18,485 bases of DNA from Candidatus Nanohaloarchaea archaeon (GTDB taxonomy: Archaea > Nanohalarchaeota > Nanosalinia > Nanosalinales > Nanosalinaceae). Below are positions 17,830-18,485 of this stretch, piece after piece. The stretch spans positions 1 to 18,485 of the forward strand of contig JAWOFP010000028.1 of NCBI GenBank assembly GCA_046497485.1. Direction: 5' to 3'. Below the pieces are notes generated by a model. The model worked only from the letters and a program-made list of their open reading frames with translations, was not told the origin of the DNA and made no database searches. Position 1 is the stretch's first letter, and each line of letters begins with the position of its first letter. The translations under genes and the position numbers were made by a program.

Positions 17830-17884
17830 AGGTTTTGAAACTTTTCTACATGTGTCGACGGTAAAAACGTCCACCTTTCATTGT
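17830..17884 (-). promoter_or_regulatory. Conserved leader element upstream of tyrS; uORF MKGGRFYRRHM (17881..17846)
   Basis: ACAATGAAAGGTGGACGTTTTT (17884-17863), TTCAAAACCT (17839-17830), TTTAAAA about 30-36 nt upstream of the ATG. Confidence 0.7.
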
Positions 17885-17927
17885 GTATCAAATAGGGATT
17901 CTGGACCGAATTTTAAATCATTATCCT

Positions 17928-18434
17928 CTATACCACGTCCACAACTTCAGGCTCGACGACGTTAAACAATTCTTCTCTATCAATTTTCACACCTATAACT
18001 CGAGAACCGCCAGCAGGCCTCACCTCTCCTTCGGGTATGTCATCTGATGCGTAGACTGGTATTTCTAGGTTAAATGGTGAGACTCCTCCAACTATGTAGC
18101 CAGTCTCTTCTTCTACTTCTGAAGGCTTTGCCATCCTAACCTCTCCAACTAAATCCTCTAATTTATCCTCATCTACTCGCTTATGACCGGGACACATCAC
18201 AGCGATAAAATCATCTGAGGCCTTGAAAATCAAAGTCTTGATAATCTGATATCTATCAATCGGAGAATGCTGGACGGATTCGTCGACGGTTTCGGCCTTT
18301 GCATGGACTTCAAAATCTGCATCAAGGCCTTCCAGTTTTTCAATTACTTTTCTGACATTTTGAATATCTTCTTCTAGGAAATCTAGAATTTGTTCGAGTT
18401 CTGATGGTTTCTGTGTGAAAGATTTCAGAGACAT
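17928..18434 (-). CDS. YbaK/ProX-family aminoacyl-tRNA deacylase
   Basis: IIKTLIF (conserved Lys), EETGYIVGGVSPF, PAGGS motifs. Confidence 0.88.
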   Translation of the reverse strand: MSLKSFTQKPSELEQILDFLEEDIQNVRKVIEKLEGLDADFEVHAKAETVDESVQHSPIDRYQIIKTLIFKASDDFIAVMCPGHKRVDEDKLEDLVGEVRMAKPSEVEEETGYIVGGVSPFNLEIPVYASDDIPEGEVRPAGGSRVIGVKIDREELFNVVEPEVVDVV

Positions 18435-18485
18435 AGTGAAAACTTTTGAGGTTAAGTTTAGATATATGGGGGACTCTGAAAAAGT

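Noticed and set aside
15466..17884. Calling the serS/tyrS leaders canonical T-box riboswitches
   Set aside because: No Stem I of adequate length and no GGTGGNACC consensus. The candidate specifier lies about 7 nt downstream of UGGA instead of far upstream, and the base after UGG is the same in both copies. Only a resemblance is claimed.

Overview
Archaeal chromosomal window. The proteins are very acidic (salt-in type), the DNA is AT-rich and the genes are tightly packed, which best fits a nanohaloarchaeon (DPANN); this is an inference. Gene order: malic enzyme (5'-truncated), type II Met aminopeptidase, a CxxC membrane protein with a zinc-finger/DsbA-like protein, cdc48 with a coupled small ORF, radB, and a structured intergenic locus with small ORFs. 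Then a chorismate-to-Phe/Tyr cluster (pheA, aminotransferase, tyrA, chorismate mutase) split by an inserted antisense gene, topA, two small ORFs, serS, ogt, a SAM methyltransferase, tyrS and a YbaK-family deacylase. Three signals stand out. (1) A conserved leader element (ACA-ATG-AAA-GGT-GGA-YGT-TTT-TNC ... TTCAAAACCT) sits upstream of both serS and tyrS, and its variable codon is Ser (TCC) before serS and Tyr (TAC) before tyrS. A third, tandem version lies in a hairpin-rich region upstream of the Phe/Tyr cluster. (2) The palindrome AGGCCT is strongly over-represented (about 67 copies by hand count). (3) The first 22 nt of tyrA are duplicated on either side of the inserted gene. No rRNA, tRNA, CRISPR array or transposase was recognised.
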